Shown one piece after another: positions 27,026 through 37,150 of a DNA stretch of 64,000 nucleotides (positions are counted from its first letter, which is position 1; the number at the start of each line of letters is the position of its first letter). Where the stretch lies: NCBI GenBank assembly GCA_030583825.1, contig CP129477.1, forward strand, positions 318,308 through 382,307, written 5' to 3'. The position numbers and the translations under genes were made by a program. The DNA comes from Candidatus Dojkabacteria bacterium. Lineage in GTDB: Bacteria; Patescibacteriota; Dojkabacteria; GCA-002793355. Under the pieces are notes generated by a model. It did no database searches. It was not told where the DNA came from and saw only the letters and a list, made by a program, of their open reading frames with translations.

Positions 27026-27343
27026 ATGAAAAAGACAACTGCCTTAAAATCAAAAGTTGCTGTGAAAGCAAAAAAGACGAAAGAATCTTCAGTTTCAAAT
27101 GCTTATGGACAAAATACACTGGTGGTATTGTTCATGACACTCATCATTGCGATTATCAGTGGTATTATTTTTGTTCGAGGCTATTATCTCGATGGAACGT
27201 TACTCCTCGCGATTGGAATCGCCTTGCTTTCCAGCCTTGTTGATTTGCAAAAGGTTTCCCCGTGGGCAAAGTATTTGGTATATGCAATGACGATTATTCC
27301 AGCGTTGTTATTGATTGCAGTGATTTTTAAGGATTTCACGTAA
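27026..27343 (+). CDS. small membrane protein (105 aa, 2-3 TM helices); leaderless
   Basis: TATAAT + 7 nt + ATG; hydrophobic helices. Confidence 0.45.
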   Translation: MKKTTALKSKVAVKAKKTKESSVSNAYGQNTLVVLFMTLIIAIISGIIFVRGYYLDGTLLLAIGIALLSSLVDLQKVSPWAKYLVYAMTIIPALLLIAVIFKDFT

Positions 27344-27349
27344 CACCTC

Positions 27350-27535
27350 GCTCCCATTCGAAAAAAAGAGTACTCGACTTTAAACGTACATAAATGTACT
27401 AAGTCTGCGTGCTTTTTTTCTCATACTCGCTCCGTTTGACGGTGCGAACTATTACTAATAAATGTTCTGTATTAAAAATTTCGCCTCACCTTCGTTCCGT
27501 ATCAAAAATTTCCTACCGATTCACTGTCATTTCTT
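27350..27535. repeat. intergenic repeat element, copy R3
   Basis: shares the blocks AGAGTACTCG, CTGCGTGCTTTTT, CTCGCTCCGT and ATTTCGCCTCACCTTCG(T/C)TCCG with R1, R2 and R4. Confidence 0.7.
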
Positions 27536-27947
27536 AACCCAGCTTTGATGTGATTAATGATTTATCCCAATCCAGTGTAAGTGGTGAAAGGAGTTTCATG
27601 AGCTCAATGCCGGCGACTGTTTCTACTGCTCCGTTCATAAATACGCACGATACTTGTCCAAGGTTTCTGACCAATTGGGAATTTTCCTGCTCGACAACTG
27701 AGAGATCTACAAGAAATGTAAATGCGGAAACTGTCCGTTCATCTGCAAGTACCATTGTGCTCAAAAAGCCGTCCGTAAATCTAAATTGTGGCAACAACGT
27801 TTTTGGAAATGCAATCCCTAACGAAAATCCGGTATCAAGCAGTAAGTCATACTTTTTCTTGTGAGGAAGCACGAGTTCTCCTGACAAACGTGGGTGATCA
27901 GCCTGGCCAAAACTAAGTGATAGTGACGAAAATGTGAGCGTATTCAT
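27534..27947 (-). CDS. retropepsin-like (clan AA) aspartic protease domain protein
   Basis: LLLDTGFS motif resembling the D-T/S-G-A active site; 137 aa. Confidence 0.45.
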   Translation of the reverse strand: MNTLTFSSLSLSFGQADHPRLSGELVLPHKKKYDLLLDTGFSLGIAFPKTLLPQFRFTDGFLSTMVLADERTVSAFTFLVDLSVVEQENSQLVRNLGQVSCVFMNGAVETVAGIELMKLLSPLTLDWDKSLITSKLG

Positions 27948-27950
27948 GGT

Positions 27951-28175
27951 CTAGGATCTTCGACGTTTTTTAATCCGTTGTGCAGTCCGTCGGTCAATAA
28001 TGACGACATCTTTCACTTTCTGCTTTTTGGAAAGCTTCTTGACTGCGTCAGGAAGCGATGACCCCACCGCACGTTTACGAGTCTTTATATCATAGACTGC
28101 GACATTCCAGTCTTTTTTCAGGCTGTTCACGTAGGAAATAAAGGATCTAAAACCTGAGTAAGGTCGTTTATGCAT
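27951..28175 (-). CDS. small basic hypothetical protein (start set at ATG 28175, after TATACT + 6 nt; the ORF track begins at TTG 28214)
   Basis: leaderless pattern; Lys/Arg-rich C-terminus. Confidence 0.35.
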   Translation of the reverse strand: MHKRPYSGFRSFISYVNSLKKDWNVAVYDIKTRKRAVGSSLPDAVKKLSKKQKVKDVVIIDRRTAQRIKKRRRS

Positions 28176-28256
28176 ATTCTCAGTATAGCACTTTTCTCCG
28201 TTTGTGACTTGCAAATGACTCGGTAAAGATACGATTTAGCAGTCTTGGGGGACAAT

Positions 28257-28283
28257 AATTAGATAAGTATCTAACAATCTAAC
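28257..28283. promoter_or_regulatory. second copy of the palindromic operator-like element (TTAGATAAGTATCTAACAATCTAAC)
   Basis: 23/24-nt identity (in reverse complement) to the element at 8574-8606 upstream of the ArsR gene. Confidence 0.5.
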
Positions 28284-28305
28284 CACTCCTATTTCCCCGG
28301 TACTT

Positions 28306-29391
28306 CTACTTCTTTTTCTCGCCCATAACTGCGTTCCATTTGTTCATCATCAGAGAACCAACAGCCCAACAGCTTAATCCTGCGCCAAGAACAAATACGA
28401 AGAATTCGCCAACGACTGGAACCAAGGATAGAACAAAGAATCCAATAGTCACAGTAAGCACACCAACGACAATCGGCTGCAAGCGTCCGGTATTTTTGCG
28501 GTTAAATCGTTTCAAAATGAGGCGGCCTACTCCATACGTGGCAAGCACATTAGAAAGCATGACTGTGACAAGTCCAAGGACAACTAGAACATACAATAGA
28601 TGCCAGCCAATAATACTGATTGCAAGTGCAATTGCGAGAATAAAGCCTAAGACATATGTCGCTGCTCCAGCGACAACCGACTGAAATGGCATTTTCTGCA
28701 TTGTAACAAGCGCGTTTTCTGAAATGACCGGGAATAATCGTAAGATCAAATATGCCGAAATAATTGTACCAACAAGCATAATTGTATTGAAAATAAGTGC
28801 TCCAACGGTTACTTTTCCTAATAGCTTTTTATCTGTTTTTCGTTCATTATCGCGGTAGTTTCCAACCATAACTCTGTACTGAGACACGTCTTTTGTTGGA
28901 TTTTCGACATCTCGTCGCAGTGAATCCGAATTCGGGATCATTTCAATTCCCCCAATAGAAAGACCTTTTGCAAGCTCAGTTTTTCCTGCACTGACAACAA
29001 GATCACCAGTAACCTGTTTCGAGTTTACAAACACTTGTCCGCCAAATACACGAATATCTCCACTGACATCTCCGTTTACAACGACATATCCTCCCGCTGC
29101 GGCAATGTCTCCGCCGACATTTCCATCAATTTGGACGGTTCCACCGGCCACGAGCACGTTTCCGTTTACATTGGCCGAAATATGAATATTACTTCCCGCG
29201 GCAACGACATCACCAACAACATCTTCTGTGATAGAGACATCCTGATCGGCCTTATATACATTTTCAGTCTGCTGCTGATACAACTCAATGTACGGCTCAG
29301 CTTGACCATTTGCAGCAACTACCGGAACAAAAGCAAGTACGATTGCCCCTGCGACCGCTGCGATCCCCCACAGTTTGAATGAAGTTTTCAT
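28306..29391 (-). CDS. membrane protein with a signal peptide, an extracytoplasmic beta-helix-like repeat domain (bactofilin/DUF4097-like GDV/GDI repeats) and a C-terminal polytopic TM domain
   Basis: repeats VGDVVAAGSNIHISANVNGNVLVAGGTVQIDGNVGGDIAAAGGYVVVNGDVSGDIRVFGG; 5-6 C-terminal TM helices. Confidence 0.5.
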   Translation of the reverse strand: MKTSFKLWGIAAVAGAIVLAFVPVVAANGQAEPYIELYQQQTENVYKADQDVSITEDVVGDVVAAGSNIHISANVNGNVLVAGGTVQIDGNVGGDIAAAGGYVVVNGDVSGDIRVFGGQVFVNSKQVTGDLVVSAGKTELAKGLSIGGIEMIPNSDSLRRDVENPTKDVSQYRVMVGNYRDNERKTDKKLLGKVTVGALIFNTIMLVGTIISAYLILRLFPVISENALVTMQKMPFQSVVAGAATYVLGFILAIALAISIIGWHLLYVLVVLGLVTVMLSNVLATYGVGRLILKRFNRKNTGRLQPIVVGVLTVTIGFFVLSLVPVVGEFFVFVLGAGLSCWAVGSLMMNKWNAVMGEKKK

Positions 29392-29524
29392 TACACGACA
29401 GGTAAAATAATTTATCTTTCATAGTAAGGCTTTTGAAAACATCTGTAAAGAAACGTTATTTCGTGCGTAACGAACACATAGCTTTTCTCACTCTTTTGCA
29501 TGTGATTTTTGTTCAGTATAAGTG

Positions 29525-30871
29525 CTACTTCTTTAGTTCGAAGTAGTCAACAATTGTTTTGGCGTAAATTTCCGATGTTTGCGGAAGTGAATCAATCGCA
29601 ACATATTCATCGTATGAGTGAACATTTCCACCGACAGGCCCTTTTACAATGACTGGAATTTTATACTTTGCAAGTAAGTTACCAACATGAGCCTGACCAT
29701 TTACGATAAGTTCTGGCTTAATATTGATCGTCGTTTGAATTGCATTAAGCACAGTTCCAATAATTTTGTCAGTTTTTTTGATAACATATCCTTCATTGCC
29801 GGCACCATAGGTCATTGTCACTGAAAATTCAGGATCTTGCTTTTTTAACTTTTTAATCACTTCATTAATTTTTGCATCAACCTGCTTTCTCGAAAGATCC
29901 GGCGGAATTCTTGTGTCAATATCTATCACACATTCGTCAGGAACAACGTTAATTGCATTTCCACCTTCAATAATGGCAGGCGTTATACGTGAACCAAACC
30001 AGAATAAATCATACTTTGACTTTGGAAATGTGATCATATCAAGCTCTCTAATCAATGCTGCAGCTTTTGTAATCGCATTAATTCCGTAATGAGTTCTACT
30101 TCCGGTGTGAGCAGCTTTTCCTTTTACTCGAAACTTATAGCGATGATACCCTCGTGATCCAATTGCCAATTCGTGGGCATTTCCTGCATAGCCAACAATA
30201 CCGGCCTCTACATCAATTCCGCGATCGAGTGTGCTCTGCATACCAACATACTGGCCATTTTGTTCTCCGCCATCGAATACAAGCTCTACACGAACCTTAT
30301 GCTCATCTACATACTCTCTAAGCGCAAGTACCGAGTAAATCATAGCGACAATACCAGCTTTACAATCGGCTGTGCCACGTCCATACATTTTTCCATTTTT
30401 AATAAGCCCATCATGCGGAGGATATGACCAACGGTCTGGATCTCCCACAGGAACGGTATCAAGCGGGCAATCAAACAACAAGCCCTTTTTCGCATATCCA
30501 AACGTTGCGTGTACTGTTGAGGATTCTCCTTCGCCATACATAACAGTACGAAGTCCCATATTTTCAAGCGTTGCCTTTAAGAACTTTGCGAGATTTTCTT
30601 GTGACTCAGGAATGTCTGCTTCTGATGGCATTGCAACCAGCCTTTGCAGCAGGTTGACCATGTCATACTTCTTAGACTGACAAAACTTTGTAACTTTTTC
30701 TTCAAGCTCGAGTGCATCTTTTTGGAAGTAGCGCTCAAGCGCAACGTCGGAAATAAGAAATTTTCTCCCGACACGATTTGCAACTAGCTTACCTCTTCTG
30801 ATTTCTCGCTGAATCGTGCGAGTACTTACTTTTAGCTTTTTAGCTATATCAGTGACCGAATATTCTGCCAT
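29525..30871 (-). CDS. fusion of an excisionase/MerR-type HTH domain and an M20 family metallopeptidase (ArgE/DapE-like); leaderless start at MAEYSV
   Basis: HTH: YSVTDIAKKLKVSTRTIQREIRRGKL; M20: GRGTADCKAGIVAMIY plus downstream His/Glu metal-ligand blocks; TACAAT + 6 nt + ATG. Confidence 0.7.
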   Translation of the reverse strand: MAEYSVTDIAKKLKVSTRTIQREIRRGKLVANRVGRKFLISDVALERYFQKDALELEEKVTKFCQSKKYDMVNLLQRLVAMPSEADIPESQENLAKFLKATLENMGLRTVMYGEGESSTVHATFGYAKKGLLFDCPLDTVPVGDPDRWSYPPHDGLIKNGKMYGRGTADCKAGIVAMIYSVLALREYVDEHKVRVELVFDGGEQNGQYVGMQSTLDRGIDVEAGIVGYAGNAHELAIGSRGYHRYKFRVKGKAAHTGSRTHYGINAITKAAALIRELDMITFPKSKYDLFWFGSRITPAIIEGGNAINVVPDECVIDIDTRIPPDLSRKQVDAKINEVIKKLKKQDPEFSVTMTYGAGNEGYVIKKTDKIIGTVLNAIQTTINIKPELIVNGQAHVGNLLAKYKIPVIVKGPVGGNVHSYDEYVAIDSLPQTSEIYAKTIVDYFELKK

Positions 30872-30941
30872 GCTGTAATTGTACTTTCGCGACAGCAACA
30901 AGTCAATACGAACATATGGGGAGAAAACTACGGTCGCCAAA

Positions 30942-31799
30942 CTAATTTAATGGCATGGAGATAAGGACTAAACCTATTCCGACAAGTATCGTTCCAAAGA
31001 TTTTCGCTCTAATATTTTTTCTTTCCTTAAGCACAAAAATACCCAATAGTTCGGTAAAAACTACTCCTGCGACCGACGCCGCAATAACCTGTGAACTTTG
31101 CGTCATTGATAGCGCATAATACAATGCAAGTATTGCCAAAGAGTAAATAAACCCGGAAATACTTAACTTTTGGAGCATTTCTTTTTTGAAGAATGTTTTA
31201 TATTTTGTTAGTGCCTTTGGATACGCCATAAACAGAATAATGCCTGGAATCAAAAATCCAATGAATAAATACAAGTATAAGTCCATCTGACCGATGATAA
31301 ACTTGTCATTAACTCTGGCAAAACCAAAACACATTGCCGCAAGCACTGCGAAAATTTCGTCTTTATCGAAAGAAAGACTATCTGGCGTAAAACTTATAAG
31401 TATAACGCTCAAGAGAATAATAAAAACGCCAATCCACTGGAATAAAAGGAGAGATTCTCCTAAGAAAAAGTACGCAGCAGCAATAGCAAACAAGCTTTGT
31501 AATGAGAATATCACCGTGAATTTTGACGCTTCTCCCTTTTGTAATGCTTTGAATATGAAAATTGTTCCCGCAGCATACAATACGCCCGACAAAAGAATGT
31601 TTTGCCAATATCCTGACACATCAGGAATAGAAAAACCACGAACGATTAGCCATAAAATACCGAAAATTACTGCTCCGGCAATTTGAAACCACGCGGAAAA
31701 ATATTCAGGAACAACACTTTTATCTTTTAAGACCCATCGTTGAAAGGTTGTTGAAACAGATGCAAGCGCTGCGTGTAAAAGAATAAATAGTTGCCACAT
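30942..31799 (-). CDS. EamA/DMT-superfamily transporter-like membrane protein (10 TM helices)
   Basis: two 5-TM repeats; hydrophobic 285-aa protein. Confidence 0.5.
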   Translation of the reverse strand: MWQLFILLHAALASVSTTFQRWVLKDKSVVPEYFSAWFQIAGAVIFGILWLIVRGFSIPDVSGYWQNILLSGVLYAAGTIFIFKALQKGEASKFTVIFSLQSLFAIAAAYFFLGESLLLFQWIGVFIILLSVILISFTPDSLSFDKDEIFAVLAAMCFGFARVNDKFIIGQMDLYLYLFIGFLIPGIILFMAYPKALTKYKTFFKKEMLQKLSISGFIYSLAILALYYALSMTQSSQVIAASVAGVVFTELLGIFVLKERKNIRAKIFGTILVGIGLVLISMPLN

Positions 31800-31888
31800 T
31801 TCGGGACAGTTTTACTAAGTTATCATGCAGTGTGAGCTGCGAAATCACCCTCATTATAATCTGAAAGTAAAATATTGTATAATGGCGT

Positions 31889-32842
31889 ATGCCTCGAACA
31901 CGGAATCTTATTACCTCTTTGCTGTTTGTTCTCTTTGGCGTCGTGGTCATTACCGGAATCTCCTATTATACACAGCAAGTAAACCTCGATCAGAACGACC
32001 CTTCCGCACTATACGGAGGAGAGGCAGAATTCGGTTATACAAACGCCGGATACCTTATCGCATTCCAAAACGACACACCGCACGCAATCTGCGGAGCAGT
32101 ATTCATGAACTCATCAAAAGTTATTACTGCAGCACATTGTATTGACGAAGGAGACTCATTTGCCCTAGGAACTGGCCAGTTAAACCTGTTAACGCCGCAG
32201 AAAACACAAAAATCTGCCATTAGTCACCCAAGCTGGGATAGAAAAACAAGCAACAACGATGTTGCAACATTAGAGCTCGACAACCCATTACCGCAAAATA
32301 CTGTTTCGGCATTGACGACTGCGAGCCCCGACATGTCGTGTGATTACCGTGTTGTTTCGTATGGACGAACAGAACTTGATCCGCAGGAGCGTTTAGAAGT
32401 AGAACGTCCACGCAAAGGCGCTGATGTCTGTATTACAAATATCAGTGAAAATATCTTTTACCTGCAAGGCCCAAGCGGTGGAATCTGCGTAGGAGACAGT
32501 GGTAGCCCGATCTTTAAGAAAAGTACCGGTCAACCTGTGGGAGTTATTTCTGCAATTATTGTTTCGCAGCGGGACATCCCCTGCTATGTTGGCAACACTG
32601 CAATTGCCGTCCGATTAGATTCGCATCAGGCATTTCTGAACAATGCCGTACCTCAACCACCAACAGGAAACAGTGCTGCACAAGGGACTTTCAGCACAAT
32701 CACATTCTCGTCTGAATCAATTTTCACACAGTTACGCTATATTGAGTGGAATACAACAACAATTCTTATTGTCGTTGCAATTATGCTGTCGCTAGTGATC
32801 GCAATCATGTACGTATTCAGTTTCCTCGATAAGATTCGATAA
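31889..32842 (+). CDS. trypsin-like (S1 family) serine protease with N- and C-terminal membrane anchors; leaderless
   Basis: catalytic His motif TAAHCI and Ser motif GDSGSPIF. Confidence 0.8.
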   Translation: MPRTRNLITSLLFVLFGVVVITGISYYTQQVNLDQNDPSALYGGEAEFGYTNAGYLIAFQNDTPHAICGAVFMNSSKVITAAHCIDEGDSFALGTGQLNLLTPQKTQKSAISHPSWDRKTSNNDVATLELDNPLPQNTVSALTTASPDMSCDYRVVSYGRTELDPQERLEVERPRKGADVCITNISENIFYLQGPSGGICVGDSGSPIFKKSTGQPVGVISAIIVSQRDIPCYVGNTAIAVRLDSHQAFLNNAVPQPPTGNSAAQGTFSTITFSSESIFTQLRYIEWNTTTILIVVAIMLSLVIAIMYVFSFLDKIR

Positions 32843-32884
32843 TCACTTACTCTCTCTCAAACGCGAATAAAAATTCAGGGGAAA

Positions 32885-34030
32885 TTACTTCTTTTTCTTT
32901 GCGGGTGGAGTTGTTGACACAGGCAAAATCACTTCTGTAGGAGAACTTACCGGCATTGGCAAAACATCGTCTTCTTTTGTAAGTAACACTTGGGGACGAT
33001 AATATTTCAAATATACTTCGAGCGTTGTCAAAAAGATACTCATGATTAATGGGCCATAGATGATACCAAGGAATCCAAAGATCTGTACTCCTCCAAGAAT
33101 GCTGAGCAGTAACAAAATTGGGTGAATTTCTGCGTCTTTTGGTACAAGCATCGGGCGTAACACATTATCAATATTACTGATAACAACAATTTGCATAAAA
33201 AGTAGCACTATTCCCTGCCAATAATGTCCAGTGGCAAGCAACAAAAGCGACACAGGGAATGTTACGAATCCTGCACCAAGAGGTACAATCGAGAGAAATA
33301 TCATTAAAATGGTAAGAAAAAAGACATAAGGAACACCAAGAAGCCATAATACGATTCCTCCGAATGCTCCCTGAATCAACGCGATTGTAAATGATCCTTT
33401 AACCATCGCATTGGTCGTTGCCGTGATTCTTTTGAAGTAGAGATCGTCAAGCTCATCGTTAAATGGACTGAGCCTTTTAATAATTGCAATTAGCTTTTTA
33501 TAGTCAGAGAAAGCACTCCATAATACGAATGCAAATACCACAACAAGCGGTACAATCGCAATAAGTTTTCCTCCAATATTGAGCGTATTATTCAGTAAAT
33601 AGCTGGTCACAGGCTTAATACTGTCTGCAACAAGCGATTGAAGCTCGGAAACACTGATTCTATATTCGTTGTAAGGAATTTGTGCCAAAAATTCGTTTGT
33701 CGTATCAATAAACGAGTTCAGTGCTTCAGGAATATTTCCCCCTGAAATAAAGGCGTTAATATCGCGATACAACACTGCAATCTGTGCAGCAGAAATATTA
33801 ATAAGAAAAATTGCTGGGATTAAAAGACATGCCCCAATAATGAGTAATGTCAGCAATGTTGCAATTGTTTTATGAAGCTTGAGTTTATCTTCGAAGTATC
33901 TGAAAGTCGGATGAAAAAGGTTAACAATAATAAAACTAACGAGAATAAGATCCATGTAAGGACGCAGTACCCAAAACGCGAGTAATGCGCACACACCGAA
34001 AAAAAGGTAAAAATATGTTTTATTCATCAT
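32885..34030 (-). CDS. AI-2E (PerM/YhhT, UPF0118) family transporter-like membrane protein
   Basis: about 8 TM helices, 381 aa, typical architecture; leaderless -10 box. Confidence 0.5.
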   Translation of the reverse strand: MMNKTYFYLFFGVCALLAFWVLRPYMDLILVSFIIVNLFHPTFRYFEDKLKLHKTIATLLTLLIIGACLLIPAIFLINISAAQIAVLYRDINAFISGGNIPEALNSFIDTTNEFLAQIPYNEYRISVSELQSLVADSIKPVTSYLLNNTLNIGGKLIAIVPLVVVFAFVLWSAFSDYKKLIAIIKRLSPFNDELDDLYFKRITATTNAMVKGSFTIALIQGAFGGIVLWLLGVPYVFFLTILMIFLSIVPLGAGFVTFPVSLLLLATGHYWQGIVLLFMQIVVISNIDNVLRPMLVPKDAEIHPILLLLSILGGVQIFGFLGIIYGPLIMSIFLTTLEVYLKYYRPQVLLTKEDDVLPMPVSSPTEVILPVSTTPPAKKKK

Positions 34031-34146
34031 TACAGTGAATTATAGCATTTCCATTGAAAGTCATAAAAAGGAACATGTCTTTGCTTTATGGACAAAGAGT
34101 TTCATACGACTTGCGTTAATGGCACACGATTCATTATACTTATCCT

Positions 34147-34851
34147 ATGCCCGCAAAAACTGAGTCTATAGAAAAGCTCGTAAAAAGCCTTATTTCAAAG
34201 AGTGAGCCGACGAAACATCACTCAATTAGAGCGTTACAACCGGCAGTTATAGACACGCTCCGTCCAACTATTATTCTACTCTTTGGGCCATCTACTGTAG
34301 GAAAAGACACAATTATTTTGAAAGCCCTTGATTTACCGTTTGTAAGCTTAGTGCAGACAGCAACGTCCCGGCCTCGCCGGCCCGATGAAGATGAGTCTGC
34401 ATATCTATGGCTGAGACAACCTCATAAAAAAGAAACTATCCAGCATTACATTCACTCGATGGTAACAACGTATTCCCTCGTAGAATGGGATATTCATAAC
34501 CGTTATCTTTACGGAATTCCTCGAAAAAACATTGAAAAAAGCCTTTCTTCCGGTGTTGCTATTATAAAAACGAACTTTCATGGAGCAAAAGTGCTAAAAA
34601 CTGTATTAATCTACACAGCAAACGTGCTTGTAATGGCTGTTCACCCGGAATCATGGAAAGAGCTTGAAGAGCGAATCGTACAGATGAGAAAGCGACCAAA
34701 GCTGCGAATACACGAAGCAATTCAATCTATTGAAGCAGCAAGTGAAATTGCCGACTATTTGGTTATCAATTCGTTTAAAGAAGGAAAATTGGAGCAAGTA
34801 CAAAACGACATTCTTCAATTTTTCACCGAGATTTACGAAAAACGGAGCTAA
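34147..34851 (+). CDS. guanylate-kinase-like P-loop protein
   Basis: GPSTVGKDT P-loop and TSRPRRPDEDESAY (compare GK TTRxPRxGExDGxDY); leaderless TATACT + 6 nt + ATG. Confidence 0.5.
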   Translation: MPAKTESIEKLVKSLISKSEPTKHHSIRALQPAVIDTLRPTIILLFGPSTVGKDTIILKALDLPFVSLVQTATSRPRRPDEDESAYLWLRQPHKKETIQHYIHSMVTTYSLVEWDIHNRYLYGIPRKNIEKSLSSGVAIIKTNFHGAKVLKTVLIYTANVLVMAVHPESWKELEERIVQMRKRPKLRIHEAIQSIEAASEIADYLVINSFKEGKLEQVQNDILQFFTEIYEKRS

Positions 34852-34904
34852 TTTCTTAGTGGCTCTCAATTCTTGGGCTATTTCTCGCTATGTCTATGCG
34901 GAGC

Positions 34905-35125
34905 GATTAAAAAGTGAAAGGTACAACATATGAGTTTACCGGACACTCATGCGGAGCGAAGATTAGGCGAAATCCCAGATACGGAGTGAGGCTGAAGAAA
35001 AGGCACGCAGGTTGTAGCGAACTTGTGAGCGCCAAGCAACCGAGTACTTCCTTTTCTGAAGATGAACGAGGTTTTCGTCATACACAAAGACTTTTGTGTA
35101 CTCCTCAATAAGACCAAACCTTGCA
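34905..35125. repeat. intergenic repeat element, copy R2 (inverted relative to R1)
   Basis: 34990-35065 is the reverse complement of 7203-7280 with more than 90% identity; the small ORFs inside are repeat-derived. Confidence 0.8.
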
Positions 35126-35199
35126 ACACAATAGCAAATCGTTGCTATTGGTCGCTGTGGTTCCGCTTTTTCATTAAAACATTTACTCTTGGGAAAAGC

Positions 35200-36417
35200 T
35201 CATTCAAATCTCAGTGCCTCAATTGGGCTCATCAGGCTTGCCTGGCGGGCAGGATAAATTCCAAATACCAAGCCAATTGCGGCTGAAATTCCTACTGCCA
35301 TACTGACAGATTGCAACGAGATAACTGGTTCTAAATTCGCGACTGCTGCAAAAATATACGTGAGCAGTACACCCAGAATTGTTCCGATTATTCCTCCAAG
35401 CACCGTTACAACAACGGCTTCCGTCAGAAATTGAAGCAAAATATCTCTATTCGTTGCACCTAACGCCTTTCGTAAGCCAATTTCACGAGTTCTTTCCCGA
35501 ACAGTGACAAACATAATGTTCATAATGCCGATACCTCCAACAAGAAGAGAAATACCTCCGATTGCACTTAAGAATAACGTGAAGATTCCCGTAATTTGAT
35601 TAATTGTACTCAGAATTTCACCGGACGTCTGAATAGAAAAATCGGATTCTTCGCCACTTGCAATGCCTCGATGTCTTCGAAGCACAAGTGTTACTTCTCG
35701 CTGTGCATATTCCATATTGTCGGTAGATTTAGAGTTTGCATAGATAATTTGCACCGAATCATCTCCTGTCAAAAGTTTCTGGTATGTTCCTAACGGAACA
35801 TAGATAATTTCATTTGGATCCATAAACGGAACTGCATCTTTAGGCTTTTGTACACCAATAACCGTGAACGGAATACCATTTATTCGAATCTTCTTACCGA
35901 GCGCAAGCTGCACTTCTCCAAAATACTCTTCAGCGACTTTTGGCCCAATTACCGCGATCCTTGCAAGTGACTGACTATCTTCATTTGAAAAATTCCTTCC
36001 ATAGGCAATTTCCATATTTCGCAATGTGAAATAGTCACCATAAATGCCATCTACAGTGTAACGACGTGTTTTATCTTCGTATTGGGTCATAAGACCTTGC
36101 GCATTCATAGCAGCAACTCCGCCATAATACAGTGCATCATGCTCTTCGAGTGCACGAACATCGTCAACAGTAAAAGGCTTATCCAAAACAATTCCAGTAA
36201 TAGAGCTGACATCAATTTTGCCGGGAATAATCGAAATTAAGTCCGACCCAAACGAGTTTACCGAATTGGTAATAGAATTTTGTGCACTTTCACCAACGTT
36301 TAATAGCGTAATAACAGACATAATTCCGATGATAATGCCAAGGATTGTCAGAAATGTGCGCAATTTATTCGTAACAAGCGAGCGCATTGCGGTTGTAAAT
36401 AATTCTTTTATTGACAT
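35200..36417 (-). CDS. ABC transporter permease, MacB/FtsX-like
   Basis: N-terminal TM helix, large extracytoplasmic domain, C-terminal FtsX-type 3-TM bundle. Confidence 0.8.
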   Translation of the reverse strand: MSIKELFTTAMRSLVTNKLRTFLTILGIIIGIMSVITLLNVGESAQNSITNSVNSFGSDLISIIPGKIDVSSITGIVLDKPFTVDDVRALEEHDALYYGGVAAMNAQGLMTQYEDKTRRYTVDGIYGDYFTLRNMEIAYGRNFSNEDSQSLARIAVIGPKVAEEYFGEVQLALGKKIRINGIPFTVIGVQKPKDAVPFMDPNEIIYVPLGTYQKLLTGDDSVQIIYANSKSTDNMEYAQREVTLVLRRHRGIASGEESDFSIQTSGEILSTINQITGIFTLFLSAIGGISLLVGGIGIMNIMFVTVRERTREIGLRKALGATNRDILLQFLTEAVVVTVLGGIIGTILGVLLTYIFAAVANLEPVISLQSVSMAVGISAAIGLVFGIYPARQASLMSPIEALRFE

Positions 36418-36418
36418 A

Positions 36419-37150
36419 TTACTTCTCCTTTTTTTCGGTTGTCATGTTAGTACGGGCCTTCTGCTTTTCATCTGAAACAACCTCTCCATCGCGAAGTTTT
36501 ACGATTCTTTTCGCATATGCAGCAATATCATCTTCGTGAGTGACAAGAATAATAGTATTTCCCTGCTCATTTAGCTTTGCGAGAATAGACATGATTTCAT
36601 GGCTTGTTTTTGAATCGAGGTTTCCGGTTGGCTCGTCTGCAAAGATAATTGCAGGATTCATTACCAAGCTGCGGGCAATCGCCGTACGTTGAATTTGTCC
36701 TCCAGATAATTGATTTGTTTTGTTACTTTTCTTTGACTCAAGACCGACCTTTTCAAGAGCTTTGTTTGCTCGCTCCATTTGTTCGGCACGAGGAATACGC
36801 GAATATGTAAACGGAACAAGCACATTATCGAGCACCGTCATACGTTGAAGCAAGTTAAATGCCTGAAAAACAAAACCAATTTTTTCATTACGGATTTTTG
36901 CAAGGTCTTTGTCGGCGAGTTTGCCGATTTCTTTACTTTCAAGAAAATACTCGCCGGAAGATGGAGAGTCCAAACAACCGAGAATATGCATCAATGTAGA
37001 TTTTCCTGAGCCAGATGGCCCCATGATTGCGAGAAAATCGCCTTTTTCTACCGTGAGTGAAACGCCTTTTAAGGCTTGATATTCAGTTTCACCCATTTTG
37101 TAGGTCTTTCGGATGTCTATAAGTTTGATCAACGGCTCTGCCATGCTCAA
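36419..37150 (-). CDS. ABC transporter ATP-binding protein (MacB/LolD type)
   Basis: Walker A GPSGSGKST, signature LSGGQIQR, Walker B IIFADEPTGNLD. Confidence 0.9.
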   Translation of the reverse strand: MSMAEPLIKLIDIRKTYKMGETEYQALKGVSLTVEKGDFLAIMGPSGSGKSTLMHILGCLDSPSSGEYFLESKEIGKLADKDLAKIRNEKIGFVFQAFNLLQRMTVLDNVLVPFTYSRIPRAEQMERANKALEKVGLESKKSNKTNQLSGGQIQRTAIARSLVMNPAIIFADEPTGNLDSKTSHEIMSILAKLNEQGNTIILVTHEDDIAAYAKRIVKLRDGEVVSDEKQKARTNMTTEKKEK

